A DNA stretch of 52,223 bases from Clostridiales bacterium (lineage in GTDB: Bacteria > Bacillota > Clostridia > Peptostreptococcales > Anaerovoracaceae), in the NCBI GenBank assembly GCA_012838265.1, contig DUPP01000110.1, positions 1 through 52,223 of the forward strand. Reading direction: 5' to 3'. A program made the translations under genes and the position numbers. Positions 1-8,980 of this stretch are shown in pieces. The notes under the pieces are model-generated. The model ran no database searches, was not told the DNA's origin, and saw nothing but the letters and a program-made list of their open reading frames with translations. Each line of letters begins with the position of its first letter. The first letter of the stretch is position 1.

Positions 1-361
1 CTTCTGGTCTTGCTGCACATCCTGGAACATACACATCAACCGGAATGGCCATGTCAACACCGCCTAAGACGTTATAGCATTCTCTGAATATTCCTCCTGA
101 TGCAGCACAGATGCCTACGGCAACAACAACCTTTGGTTCCGGCATTTGATCATATATTTGCTTTACAACATTGATGCTCTGTTCGTTTACAGAGCCTGTT
201 ATAAGAAAAATATCTGCATGCTTGGGATTCCCCGTGTTTATAATGCCGAATCTTTCTACGTCATACGTCGGTGTAAGGCATGCCAATACTTCTATATCGC
301 ACCCATTACAGCTTGAACCATCATAATGTATGATCCATGGTGATTTTGTAACATATGACAT
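1..361 (-). CDS. echC: Ech hydrogenase small Fe-S subunit (NuoB family), 3'-truncated by window edge
   Basis: Not in the ORF track. Manual translation from ATG 361 (GGAGG RBS): MSYVTKSPWIIHYDGSSCNGCDIEVLACLTPTYDVERFG...NPKHADIFLITGSV...MPEPKVVVAVGICAASGG...PVDVYVPGCAARPE, with NuoB/EchC Cys motifs; follows echB. Confidence 0.9.
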   Translation of the reverse strand, partial: MSYVTKSPWIIHYDGSSCNGCDIEVLACLTPTYDVERFGIINTGNPKHADIFLITGSVNEQSINVVKQIYDQMPEPKVVVAVGICAASGGIFRECYNVLGGVDMAIPVDVYVPGCAARPE

Positions 362-373
362 TATTACACCTCC

Positions 374-1246
374 TTAACCAATAAAATATAGAACAAGCAT
401 GTTTACAAATCCCAGTGTAAGTGCCACTACCCAGGATGAATTGATTGCAAACTGCCACTTCATTCTTGCATAATTGTTATCTATCAAAACTTCTAAGAAA
501 TATACTACGAGACACACAAGAACCGCTATTATCGGACTCCACACGGCTGAATGCGCGATAAACAAATATACAACTCCCAGTAGGAAGATATTTTCATACC
601 AATGTGCTAATTCGATTATTGCCAAGGTCTTTCCAGAAAATTCGGTAGACAGACCTTTTACCAGCTCCTGATGGCCATGGTGTGACAAACTTAAATCAAA
701 AGGTGATTTTCTTAGCTTAATTGTTAGAATAAACACAAACCCTAGAAATATACCTGGCAGGTATACTATTCCCATAACATCAGAAGTCACAACATCCGAA
801 ACGTTGAAGCTTCCGTTTACCATATAGAATCCTATCGCTGTAAGCAGTACCATCGGTTCATATGCCATCATCTGTAGAAGTTCTCTTTCTGCACCGACCT
901 GTGCATAAGGAGAATTGGATGAAAATGCAGCGACAACAAGGAAAATGCTAGCCAATGTCAGTGTGAAAATGAAAAGCAGCAAATCCCCTCCTGCAAAGAA
1001 TATAGCTCCTGTGATTATGATAAATATCAAAAAGCAATTGACATAGAAATCTTGAACCTTGTTAACTGTAATAGGTTCTTTTTCTAATAATTTAAAAAAG
1101 TCATAAAACGGCTGAAGAATCGGAGGGCCATATCTTCCCTGCATTCTCGCAGAAATTCTTCTGTCTATTCCAGCCAGTAATCCTCCGGCAATAGGTGCAA
1201 GTATCAGATACGCTACGATGCCGATGATGCTTGTTGTTAAATTCAT
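374..1246 (-). CDS. echB: Ech hydrogenase membrane subunit (NuoH/complex I subunit 1 family)
   Basis: GIDRRISARMQGRYGPPILQPFYDFFKLL and SPFD...ELVKG NuoH motifs; between echA and echC. Confidence 0.88.
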   Translation of the reverse strand: MNLTTSIIGIVAYLILAPIAGGLLAGIDRRISARMQGRYGPPILQPFYDFFKLLEKEPITVNKVQDFYVNCFLIFIIITGAIFFAGGDLLLFIFTLTLASIFLVVAAFSSNSPYAQVGAERELLQMMAYEPMVLLTAIGFYMVNGSFNVSDVVTSDVMGIVYLPGIFLGFVFILTIKLRKSPFDLSLSHHGHQELVKGLSTEFSGKTLAIIELAHWYENIFLLGVVYLFIAHSAVWSPIIAVLVCLVVYFLEVLIDNNYARMKWQFAINSSWVVALTLGFVNMLVLYFIG

Positions 1247-3142
1247 TTACAGCACCCCCCCTAGTAATAATGCAAAGGTAACTATCAATACCACTACAGT
1301 AGCGATGTCACCGATAATGTTCATTCTCTTTTCCCCAAAATAATCTTCCATGTACCAGTTTCTCAATGATACTGTTACATCTTTTTGCATGGAGCCTCTA
1401 TAAGTCAGATCATCAAGATTGACGCCTGCCATATAAAGAGGAACGATTCTTTTATTTGACTTTCCGTAGAACAACAATGGCAGTAGCACGATCAGTGCAA
1501 GCATTGCTGACATGATATACATGTTACTTGAGGATAATGCCAAAGTTGCAACAGAAGAATAAATTGTCTGTAAATAGGGAACAATAACGAAAGTAGACAT
1601 TAACGGGAATATTAAACAAATTAAAACAGTAAGTGCTGTAAGCGAAGTAAGTACAAGCCATTCTTCTTTGTGCACATTGCTTTGGATGTTCTCTCTCTTC
1701 GCCATTATTGCGACCATTTTACCCATCCATTTGGTCCAGTAAAACAATGTTGCAGCACTTCCAAATAAAATAATCATAACAAGCAGGAAGTTTCCTGAAT
1801 CCACAAATGCTTTCATTGCAGCCCACTTTGAAATTAGCATTCCAAAAGGAGCAAGGAACATTCCTGCGATACCTACTATCATAAATGTGGCTAGTCTTGG
1901 CATTCTGCCAAACAAACCATCCATATCTTCAATATCTCTGCTTCCTATGTTATGCTCCGCTGTACCAACGCACAGGAATAGCAGTGATTTTGTAACAGCG
2001 TGGAATATGATCAACATGATAGCCGCCCAAACAGCAGCATAGCTTCCGATTCCTGCACAAGCCACAATCAAACCGAGGTTTGCTACAGTTGAATAAGCCA
2101 GTACCCTTTTAGCATTGCTCTGTGAAATTGCTGCAAATGATGTCATCAAGAATGTGATTCCTCCTACCATCATTACCATAATACCAGCAAGGTTCCAGCC
2201 AAGTATTGGTGATAGCTTTACGATTAGGAATACACCAGCTTTTACCATGGTGGATGAATGAAGTAATGCTGAAGTAGGTGTCGGTGCGACCATGGCTCCA
2301 AGCAGCCAACTGTTGAAAGGCATCTGAGCAGCTTTTGTGATACCTGCGAATGCAAGCAGGCAAGCAGGTAAAACCATACTGATTCCTGCACCCAGTGCGA
2401 GCATTTGGTTAAGTTCCAAGGTTCCATAGAAGTTACCCAATACAACGATAGCCAGAGCAAACCCTATACCACCCAACAAGTTCATGATTAGGGCTCTGAA
2501 AGAATTGTTGATTGCCTCCTGCGTTTTTGTATATCCAATAAGGAAGAAGGAGCAAAGAGTAGTTATCTCCCAGAAGAAATACAACCATACCAAGTTGTTG
2601 GAGAAAACAATTCCAAACATTGCAGCGAGGAATAAGAACATCAGGAAGAAGAACCAAGGTCTTCTGTCAGGCTCTTCATGATGATGTTTTTGAAAATCCT
2701 TCATGTACCCTATTGAATACCAGCAAATCAAGGTTCCTATTACACCTATAATCAGTGCCATAATGATTGAAAGCCTGTCAACATACATATTGTTTAGAAC
2801 AGTTATACCGTGTCCGGTACCTAATTCAAACCACACCATTAGTGGTGTCTGTATAGCCACAAGAACCGAGGCTAGATACTTCTTATACTTGATACCCAAA
2901 TAAAAGATCAAAACAGCGAGAACAACTTCGATACCTAACATAAAGGTGCTCACCGTTTCATTTCCGAACTCGAAAAACTCTCCCCCTGAGTCAAAGTATT
3001 GCACTGCGAGATAAATAGAACCTGCCGCGATTAATATCGAAGACACCTTCACTATTATATCTCTTGCCGCATCAGTCTTGAGAACTAAAAGAGCCAGAGC
3101 CACAATGAACGGAAATACAATCAGAAATAGAATAGTGCTCAA
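1247..3142 (-). CDS. echA: Ech hydrogenase proton-translocating antiporter-like subunit (NuoL/MrpA family)
   Basis: FFWEITTLCSFFLIG, KAAQMPFNSWLLGAMVAPTPTSALLHSSTMVKAG, KRVLAYST motifs; start moved to TTG 3142 behind GGAGG. Confidence 0.88.
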   Translation of the reverse strand: MSTILFLIVFPFIVALALLVLKTDAARDIIVKVSSILIAAGSIYLAVQYFDSGGEFFEFGNETVSTFMLGIEVVLAVLIFYLGIKYKKYLASVLVAIQTPLMVWFELGTGHGITVLNNMYVDRLSIIMALIIGVIGTLICWYSIGYMKDFQKHHHEEPDRRPWFFFLMFLFLAAMFGIVFSNNLVWLYFFWEITTLCSFFLIGYTKTQEAINNSFRALIMNLLGGIGFALAIVVLGNFYGTLELNQMLALGAGISMVLPACLLAFAGITKAAQMPFNSWLLGAMVAPTPTSALLHSSTMVKAGVFLIVKLSPILGWNLAGIMVMMVGGITFLMTSFAAISQSNAKRVLAYSTVANLGLIVACAGIGSYAAVWAAIMLIIFHAVTKSLLFLCVGTAEHNIGSRDIEDMDGLFGRMPRLATFMIVGIAGMFLAPFGMLISKWAAMKAFVDSGNFLLVMIILFGSAATLFYWTKWMGKMVAIMAKRENIQSNVHKEEWLVLTSLTALTVLICLIFPLMSTFVIVPYLQTIYSSVATLALSSSNMYIMSAMLALIVLLPLLFYGKSNKRIVPLYMAGVNLDDLTYRGSMQKDVTVSLRNWYMEDYFGEKRMNIIGDIATVVVLIVTFALLLGGVL

Positions 3143-3189
3143 TTCAATCCTCCTTTTTCCAGAATCATTGTTAAAAAAACAGCAAAACA

Positions 3190-3210
3190 TTGCACTAAAC
3201 GTTTAGTCAA
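3190..3210. promoter_or_regulatory. Palindromic operator upstream of ech operon
   Basis: Perfect 14-bp palindrome ACTAAACGTTTAGT (3194-3207) inside TTGC...TCAA, ~50 bp upstream of echA. Confidence 0.55.
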
Positions 3211-3324
3211 TCCATACTAGCTATAAAATTTCGTCTGCAATCTTTTGCCGATTTTTGTCGATTCCAGATCTTTTTACTATAATAACACCATTATACTCTG
3301 GGTATTCTAAAATAACAAGTCTTT

Positions 3325-4995
3325 TTATTTTTTAGGTTCAACCTTCACCGCAATAAGAGCGCAAACTATTCCTATTACTACGAACAAGATGGAGCAGGTC
3401 TGGATAGCGTTAATCATACCATCAAAGTTACTGAAAAAACCTTTTTCATACTTTTCAAGATAATAATCGGGACCCCACTCCCCTTCAAACCATGGCAGCC
3501 AGAGAAGTGCCATCCCACCCATGGCTGCAAGACCTAAAAATATGGATGAAATCCTCTTCATATCTCCTACTGCAAGTCCGGTTTTTGAATTGACTGGGTA
3601 TTTGACGGGATCCTTCTTGGCAAGACCTCCGTACATCCTTTTCCATATTATATATAAAATAGGACCAGAAATGATTCCTAGCATTCCGCCTATGAAGAAC
3701 TCTGTTCCGTTGATAAAGTAAGAGCAAAATGCTATTAAACAAGGAACAACACAAAGAATGACTAAGAAACCGTACCCGCCGGGTATTTTGAATTTAAACT
3801 CCTCATTAGGTATCTTCTTCCTGAGGATCAACGCCGAAATAAATATCATCACATAAGAGGATACCAGCAGGAACACATCCACAACAACGATAGTTGTGAA
3901 AGCAAATTGGCATAAAATAATATTTACTATGGCAACAGTAATGACTGAAACATATGGCACACCGTGTTTTGCATCGCATTTCACCAGAATTGGAGGTGCC
4001 AGATGATCGTCTGCCAAGACAAAGAAGCCTCTTGATCCGGATGCTATATATGTATTGTATATTGAGCATTGAGCTATAACCGCAATAATTGCAAATATAA
4101 TCCCAAATATAGGATGCCAATATTGAACCAGAACGTCAGCATAACCGACTGACCCTGGCTCCGTACCCCAGTTTGCCCAATCACCGACAGATGCAAGTCC
4201 GCCCATTGTTGGAAAAATGTAAACAGCCATAATAAGAGGAATCGTTATCAGTGTTGCTTTAGGTATCACCTGAGGATTTTTAACCTCTCCTGCTACAGTA
4301 GACATGGATTCATATCCGGCATACATCCACATGCCAATAGCAATTCCCATACCGATATAATAAACCCAATCCACAGGAGCAATCCCGGCCACTCCCATGA
4401 TTTCGCCATCTGCAGTAAAAGGTATAAATGGATTTTGATTCCAGTTCATAAAACCACAGATAGCAACCAGTGAAAATGCTCCTATTACTAAAACAGACAG
4501 TATAGTGCTTACAATGCCGACATCTTTTATTCCCCGTATGTTTATATATGTAAACACAAGGATCATCGCAATTTTAAAGACCATCTCCGCTTCCCAGCTC
4601 AGATCAAAAGCATTAGCCAGATAAGCTCCTGCAAGGATGACATAAAGAGTATTATCAATATAAATGGATATGGTTCTCCACCATCCTGCCTGAAAACCCC
4701 AGAACTCCCCGCAAGCTTCCTGCACCCATCTATAATATCCGCCTTCCTGCGGTCTGGCTGATCCCAGTTCCGCTGCAACAAGTCCAAGAGGTATACTCCA
4801 GACAAAAGGTAATACGATAAGCATTACAAGAGTCAGACCAGCACCTGATTCAGGTATCATTTCTTCTATGCCATAAGCACCGGCAGCACAGAGGCAAAAG
4901 ATCATAAATACGACCGTAGAAACCTTAAGGTCGTGTTTTTTCAGACCATGCTCGCCTACTTCAAGAGGTGAAGTCTGCTTCTTAATATCGCTCAT
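3325..4995 (-). CDS. APC-family amino acid/polyamine permease
   Basis: GAYGIEE, AELGSARPQEGGYYRWV, WMYAGYES..AGEVKNP motifs; 12+ hydrophobic segments; GGAGG RBS. Confidence 0.88.
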   Translation of the reverse strand: MSDIKKQTSPLEVGEHGLKKHDLKVSTVVFMIFCLCAAGAYGIEEMIPESGAGLTLVMLIVLPFVWSIPLGLVAAELGSARPQEGGYYRWVQEACGEFWGFQAGWWRTISIYIDNTLYVILAGAYLANAFDLSWEAEMVFKIAMILVFTYINIRGIKDVGIVSTILSVLVIGAFSLVAICGFMNWNQNPFIPFTADGEIMGVAGIAPVDWVYYIGMGIAIGMWMYAGYESMSTVAGEVKNPQVIPKATLITIPLIMAVYIFPTMGGLASVGDWANWGTEPGSVGYADVLVQYWHPIFGIIFAIIAVIAQCSIYNTYIASGSRGFFVLADDHLAPPILVKCDAKHGVPYVSVITVAIVNIILCQFAFTTIVVVDVFLLVSSYVMIFISALILRKKIPNEEFKFKIPGGYGFLVILCVVPCLIAFCSYFINGTEFFIGGMLGIISGPILYIIWKRMYGGLAKKDPVKYPVNSKTGLAVGDMKRISSIFLGLAAMGGMALLWLPWFEGEWGPDYYLEKYEKGFFSNFDGMINAIQTCSILFVVIGIVCALIAVKVEPKK

Positions 4996-5110
4996 TAATA
5001 TTTTCCTCCTTCGAATTATTTGGTACTATCAAATAATCCAATTCTATTAAATTTTTAATAAATCGGCAATAGTAAATTTATCTAATTTAAAAATAATTTT
5101 ATTCGCGATA

Positions 5111-5134
5111 TTTCTAATAATACATTATTAGAAA
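5111..5134. promoter_or_regulatory. Perfect inverted repeat (11-bp arms), candidate operator of the permease
   Basis: TTTCTAATAAT-AC-ATTATTAGAAA; AT-rich with a 2-nt spacer, so a poor terminator. Confidence 0.4.
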
Positions 5135-5157
5135 AAAGTGGCTATAGTCCTATCCAT

Positions 5158-5213
5158 TATAGAACGATATACCTAAGATATACCTAATAAATATAGAACG
5201 ATATACCTAATAA
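5158..5213. repeat. Imperfect tandem repeat (GATATACCTAA x3)
   Basis: TATAGAACGATATACCTAA-GATATACCTAATAA-ATATAGAACGATATACCTAATAA. Confidence 0.85.
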
Positions 5214-5301
5214 GTATCCATGCTTGTCCTCTCTTTTTAAATTCTTTTGATACTAAGCATTTGACGTCAGGCATTTGTAATACCCTAGGGGTTACCGGTT
5301 C

Positions 5302-5574
5302 CTACATACAATAGTTATAGACTGCAAGCAAGATAACTCCGGGTACTCCTAATATGCCTACAATCACGGCTGATAGAATATTAAGGGAGATATGTATCCC
5401 CCAAAAGGAGCCTATACAGTTTATCAGAATAATCGAAATGGCTCCTGCTATACTATTTATTACCAGCCGAAGTAAGATTTTGAGCGGAACCAAAAACATA
5501 TATCCTACTACATAAAGGGCAAAGATACCCAATGCATACGCAAGTAATATCCCGAGTTCTGTACTCATATCCAT
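5302..5574 (-). CDS. bofA: Pro-sigmaK processing inhibitor BofA family protein
   Basis: PLKILLRLVINSIAGAISIILINCIG...SLN...VGILGVPGVILL pattern; next to yaaL/recR; start moved to ATG 5574 behind GGGGTG. Confidence 0.85.
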   Translation of the reverse strand: MDMSTELGILLAYALGIFALYVVGYMFLVPLKILLRLVINSIAGAISIILINCIGSFWGIHISLNILSAVIVGILGVPGVILLAVYNYCM

Positions 5575-5592
5575 ATTAATTACACCCCCATT

Positions 5593-5625
5593 GTATAATT
5601 TATGTTTTTTAGGAATAGAATAGAA
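5593..5625. promoter_or_regulatory. Candidate overlapping divergent sigmaE-type promoters (bofA / yaaL)
   Basis: - strand TTCTATT-N14-CATAAATT (5625-5597); + strand GTATAA-N14-GAATAGAAT (5593-5621); bofA is sigmaE-dependent in B. subtilis. Confidence 0.35.
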
Positions 5626-5646
5626 TTGAGAACTTAACGAAAGGAT

Positions 5647-5946
5647 GTGAGGCATATGCATCTGCCGCTTGAAGGAATCGCAGGCACGGTCAGCAAGATA
5701 TACCATCAGATTCTGAATGTTCCATATCCTCAAACGGAGGATGAGAAACTAATAAGTTCTATCAAAGCAGCCCATTCTGATTGGCAAAGAGCTGAAGCAA
5801 TGTTTCACGAGGTCATAGACCCTGACTTAATCGATTATACTATTTATGATGTACTGGCAAGAAAAGCTAAATATACTTATTTACTTAAATTAGCAAAAAG
5901 TAAAGGTTTGGATTTAGACCATAAAGAAACAGCCAGCCATGGATGA
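5647..5946 (+). CDS. yaaL: YaaL / DUF2508 family protein
   Basis: IKAAHSDWQRAEAMFHEVIDPDLIDYTIY...KAKYTYLLKLAK pattern; between recR and bofA; true start may be ATG 5656. Confidence 0.82.
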   Translation: MRHMHLPLEGIAGTVSKIYHQILNVPYPQTEDEKLISSIKAAHSDWQRAEAMFHEVIDPDLIDYTIYDVLARKAKYTYLLKLAKSKGLDLDHKETASHG

Positions 5947-5962
5947 AACTCCATGGCTGACT
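5931..5962. terminator. Hairpin between convergent yaaL and recR
   Basis: CAGCCATGGA-TGAAAC-TCCATGGCTG, 10-bp perfect stem over the yaaL stop; weak U tails. Confidence 0.5.
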
Positions 5963-6011
5963 ACTATCCGAAAAATATGATAACATTTTTTCAAAGCTAT
6001 GGTAAGCCTGT

Positions 6012-6611
6012 TTACAATTCTCTTCTGCCTTCCATTGCTTTTGAAAGGGTAATCTCATCGGCATATTCTAAATCTCCTCCTACAGGCACACCATGAGCAA
6101 TTCTCGTCACCTTTATACCAGAGGGCTTTATCAGCCTTGCCGTATACATGGCTGTAGCTTCTCCTTCAATATTAGGATTGGTAGCGAGAATCACTTCATT
6201 GACATCAGTATTTTGCAACCTTATAATTAGCTGTTTTAAATTGATGTCATCAGGTCCTATGCCATCCATCGGAGAAATCGAACCATGTAAAACGTGATAT
6301 AGACCGTGAAACTCTTTAATTCTTTCCATAGCACTTACATCACGGGGACTTTCTACCACGCAGATTACGCTATGATCTCTTGTAGAATCATTGCATATAC
6401 TACAAGGATCTATATCTGTCAGATTGCCGCATATCGAACAGTATCTCATATTCTTCTTTGCTTGCATAATCGCATCTGCAAGTGCAAGTGCATCTTTATC
6501 TTCCTGCGATAAAATATGAAATGCAAGTCTCTGTGCGGTTTTTCCTCCAATTCCCGGCAGCTTGGACAATTCACTGATTAAATTGTTTAATGGCTTAGCA
6601 TAATGCTTCAT
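6012..6611 (-). CDS. recR: Recombination mediator RecR
   Basis: [17 protein letters not shown] HhH, C4 Zn finger, Toprim ([12 protein letters not shown]), [17 protein letters not shown]. Confidence 0.97.
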   Translation of the reverse strand: MKHYAKPLNNLISELSKLPGIGGKTAQRLAFHILSQEDKDALALADAIMQAKKNMRYCSICGNLTDIDPCSICNDSTRDHSVICVVESPRDVSAMERIKEFHGLYHVLHGSISPMDGIGPDDINLKQLIIRLQNTDVNEVILATNPNIEGEATAMYTARLIKPSGIKVTRIAHGVPVGGDLEYADEITLSKAMEGRREL

Positions 6612-6622
6612 ACTTCGTCTCG

Positions 6623-6982
6623 CTATATTATTCCGGGAATAGATAATCCGCCGGTTAATTTTTCCATTTCATTCTGAGTCATTTCTTCAATCTGTCTCAG
6701 TGCTTCATTCGTAGCTACCTGAATCAGATCCTGAAGCATTTCAACGTCGTCGGGATCTACGACCTCAGGCTTAATAATAACTTTGACTATTTCCTTTTTA
6801 CCGTTGGCAGTAATGCTAACGGCGCCACCACCTGCAGTTGCTTCAATTTCTCTTGTCTCAAGTTCTGCCTGAATTTCTTCCATCTTTTTTTGCATCATCT
6901 GCACCTGCTGAAGCTGTTTCTGCATATTTGCTGCTCCGCCTAGACTAGATTTTTTTTTACCTGCCCTCATTCCTTTACCCAT
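6623..6982 (-). CDS. ybaB: YbaB/EbfC nucleoid-associated protein
   Basis: [28 protein letters not shown]; dnaX-ybaB-recR synteny. Confidence 0.95.
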   Translation of the reverse strand: MGKGMRAGKKKSSLGGAANMQKQLQQVQMMQKKMEEIQAELETREIEATAGGGAVSITANGKKEIVKVIIKPEVVDPDDVEMLQDLIQVATNEALRQIEEMTQNEMEKLTGGLSIPGII

Positions 6983-6993
6983 ATTAAATCCTC

Positions 6994-8625
6994 CTATAGC
7001 ACATCTATTTGAATACCAAACTTGTTTTCTATTTCATCTGCCAACTCTTCGGCGGTCTTTTTTTTCTCCTGTTGCTTACCATCATCTGCCATGCAGCATT
7101 CCAAACGAAGCTTTTTTCCTACATGTTTTTCCATAAGCGCCTCCAACTCGGGTGCGTTTTCCTTTACATAATATAAAATTGTCTCATTCGATGCTTCAAC
7201 TGTAAAGCTATTATCGTCAATCCTTTTTAATACAGCTCCCAAGCGAAGTAAGTTAAAGCTGCCTTTACGTGATTCTCCTTCTTCAAAGATAGTATACCAT
7301 AATTTATCATAATCAATAGAAACGTCTTTCTTAATATCTGTTGCAGTATTATGCTGTTTAATATTTGTTACAGTTTGTTGTAATTCTTCACCGATTATTT
7401 CTGTTTCAGCCTGCTGCAGGATTTCATTTTTGTCCTCATTGTCAGTTCTCTTGGAATTATTATAGCTCGCCATTTTCTTTGCACTTTGGCTTATAACACT
7501 ATCGGTTGCTTTTTCTTTTGCCTCACTAGGATATGCAACGGTCTGATCCGTTGCAAGCTTCACGATACATAGTTCCAGTAAGATTCTTGGCTGAGTTGAC
7601 CATTTTGCCTCAGACAGTGTCTGGGAAAGCTTAATGATGCATTCGTTGATAAAGGATAGATCAATCTTTTCGCTTTGCTTACGAATCCGTTCGATATTTT
7701 CAATTGACATATTGAGAATGTCTTCGGGATTCCTTATGAACTTTGTCATCATCAGACTTCTAAAGTGTACGATCCAATCTTTAATAAACTGCCTCACATC
7801 TTTTCCATCTGAAATAATTCTGTCAAGGAGCAATAAGGCATCCGTAACCTGATGATTAGCAATCATGCTGGTCATTTCAATAAACACCTCTTCACCTGCA
7901 GTCCCAAGGATTTCAATGACGTGTTCCCTTGTTACTGATTTTTCTCCTGAGGAAATACATTGCTCCAGCAGACTCAATGCATCTCGGACTGAACCATCCG
8001 CATTAGACGCAATAAGCCCCAGTGCTGCGTCAGAGATCTTTACATCAATCTTACTGCAAATATCCCTCATACCCTGCCGCATTGTCTTTTCTGGGACACG
8101 TTTAAAATCCAACCTTAAGCATCTAGAAAGTATAGTTGCAGGCAGCTTTTGTGATTCTGTAGTAGCCAGGATAAACATTATATTTTCCGGTGGTTCTTCC
8201 AATGTTTTAAGTAGCGCATTAAAAGCTCCTGTGGACAGCATATGAACCTCATCAATGATATACACCTTGCAGCGACCTGCTGCTGGCGGATATTTTACGC
8301 TCTCCCTAAGTTCCCTTATATTATCCACTCCATTGTTGGATGCCGCATCTATTTCAATAACATCTATAAAAACGCCTTCCCTGATGCTTATACAATTTGC
8401 ACAGATACCACAAGGTCTCTCCTCTCTTTCAGCAAGACAATTCATCCCCTTTGCTAAAATTCTGGCTGTAGACGTCTTTCCTGTACCTCTGGTTCCGCAA
8501 AATAGATATGAATGGACTGTAGTACCGTTTTTTAATTGGTTTTTTAATATTTTTACGATATGCTCCTGACCAAGAATCCCTTCAAAAGTTTCTGGCCGAA
8601 ATGAACGATATAGAGATGTATACAT
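6994..8625 (-). CDS. dnaX: DNA polymerase III subunit gamma/tau
   Basis: LYRSFRPETF, GTRGTGKTS Walker A, IDAASNNGVDNIR, IIDEVHMLS, TILSRC. Confidence 0.97.
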   Translation of the reverse strand: MYTSLYRSFRPETFEGILGQEHIVKILKNQLKNGTTVHSYLFCGTRGTGKTSTARILAKGMNCLAEREERPCGICANCISIREGVFIDVIEIDAASNNGVDNIRELRESVKYPPAAGRCKVYIIDEVHMLSTGAFNALLKTLEEPPENIMFILATTESQKLPATILSRCLRLDFKRVPEKTMRQGMRDICSKIDVKISDAALGLIASNADGSVRDALSLLEQCISSGEKSVTREHVIEILGTAGEEVFIEMTSMIANHQVTDALLLLDRIISDGKDVRQFIKDWIVHFRSLMMTKFIRNPEDILNMSIENIERIRKQSEKIDLSFINECIIKLSQTLSEAKWSTQPRILLELCIVKLATDQTVAYPSEAKEKATDSVISQSAKKMASYNNSKRTDNEDKNEILQQAETEIIGEELQQTVTNIKQHNTATDIKKDVSIDYDKLWYTIFEEGESRKGSFNLLRLGAVLKRIDDNSFTVEASNETILYYVKENAPELEALMEKHVGKKLRLECCMADDGKQQEKKKTAEELADEIENKFGIQIDVL

Positions 8626-8710
8626 GTTTTGTCTCCACCTATTACCATATTTAGGGATTGATAAATGACTCAGAAAGGATAAAATTTGCCTTTGTAGATT
8701 CTCTTAGTTA

Positions 8711-8876
8711 GAAAAGTGCTCTTTAATAGCTTCGCGGACATAGAGAAGGCTTATCTGCGGCACATAAGAGATTCCACTTATCGCTGCTTCCTTCCGGACC
8801 TGACGAGGTTCGCAGATTCTTATTGCGCAGGACCCAAACCATGTCAGGCGAAGCTACTAAAAAGCACTTTTCAGCA
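8711..8876 (-). ncRNA. ffs: Signal recognition particle RNA
   Basis: - strand core GAACCTCGTCAGGTCCGGAAGGAAGCAGCG; closing stems TAGCTTCGC/GCGAAGCTA and GAAAAGTGCT/AGCACTTTTC; upstream of dnaX; ends approximate. Confidence 0.93.
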
Positions 8877-8882
8877 TCCTTA

Positions 8883-8911
8883 ATTATATTTACATTATAG
8901 TATAATGTCAA
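8883..8911 (-). promoter_or_regulatory. sigmaA promoter of ffs
   Basis: Perfect TTGACA-N17-TATAAT on the - strand. Confidence 0.85.
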
Positions 8912-8980
8912 TGCCATTTTTCTGGTAGCGTAATTTTCGAGTTGTTCAATACGCTAGTATTGCCGCTGTATTAATCAATG

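Noticed and set aside
3190-3210. Rex or CcpA cre site before ech
   Set aside because: Does not fit TTGT(G/T)AA-N4-TT(C/A)ACAA or TGWNANCGNTNWCA
5575-5733. Long N-terminal extensions of bofA (also echA, ydbC, pcrA, gcvPB, flgD, fliK)
   Set aside because: Better RBS-supported downstream starts give family-typical lengths
8723-8917. 64-aa ORF on - strand
   Set aside because: Coincides with the SRP RNA and its promoter; no RBS
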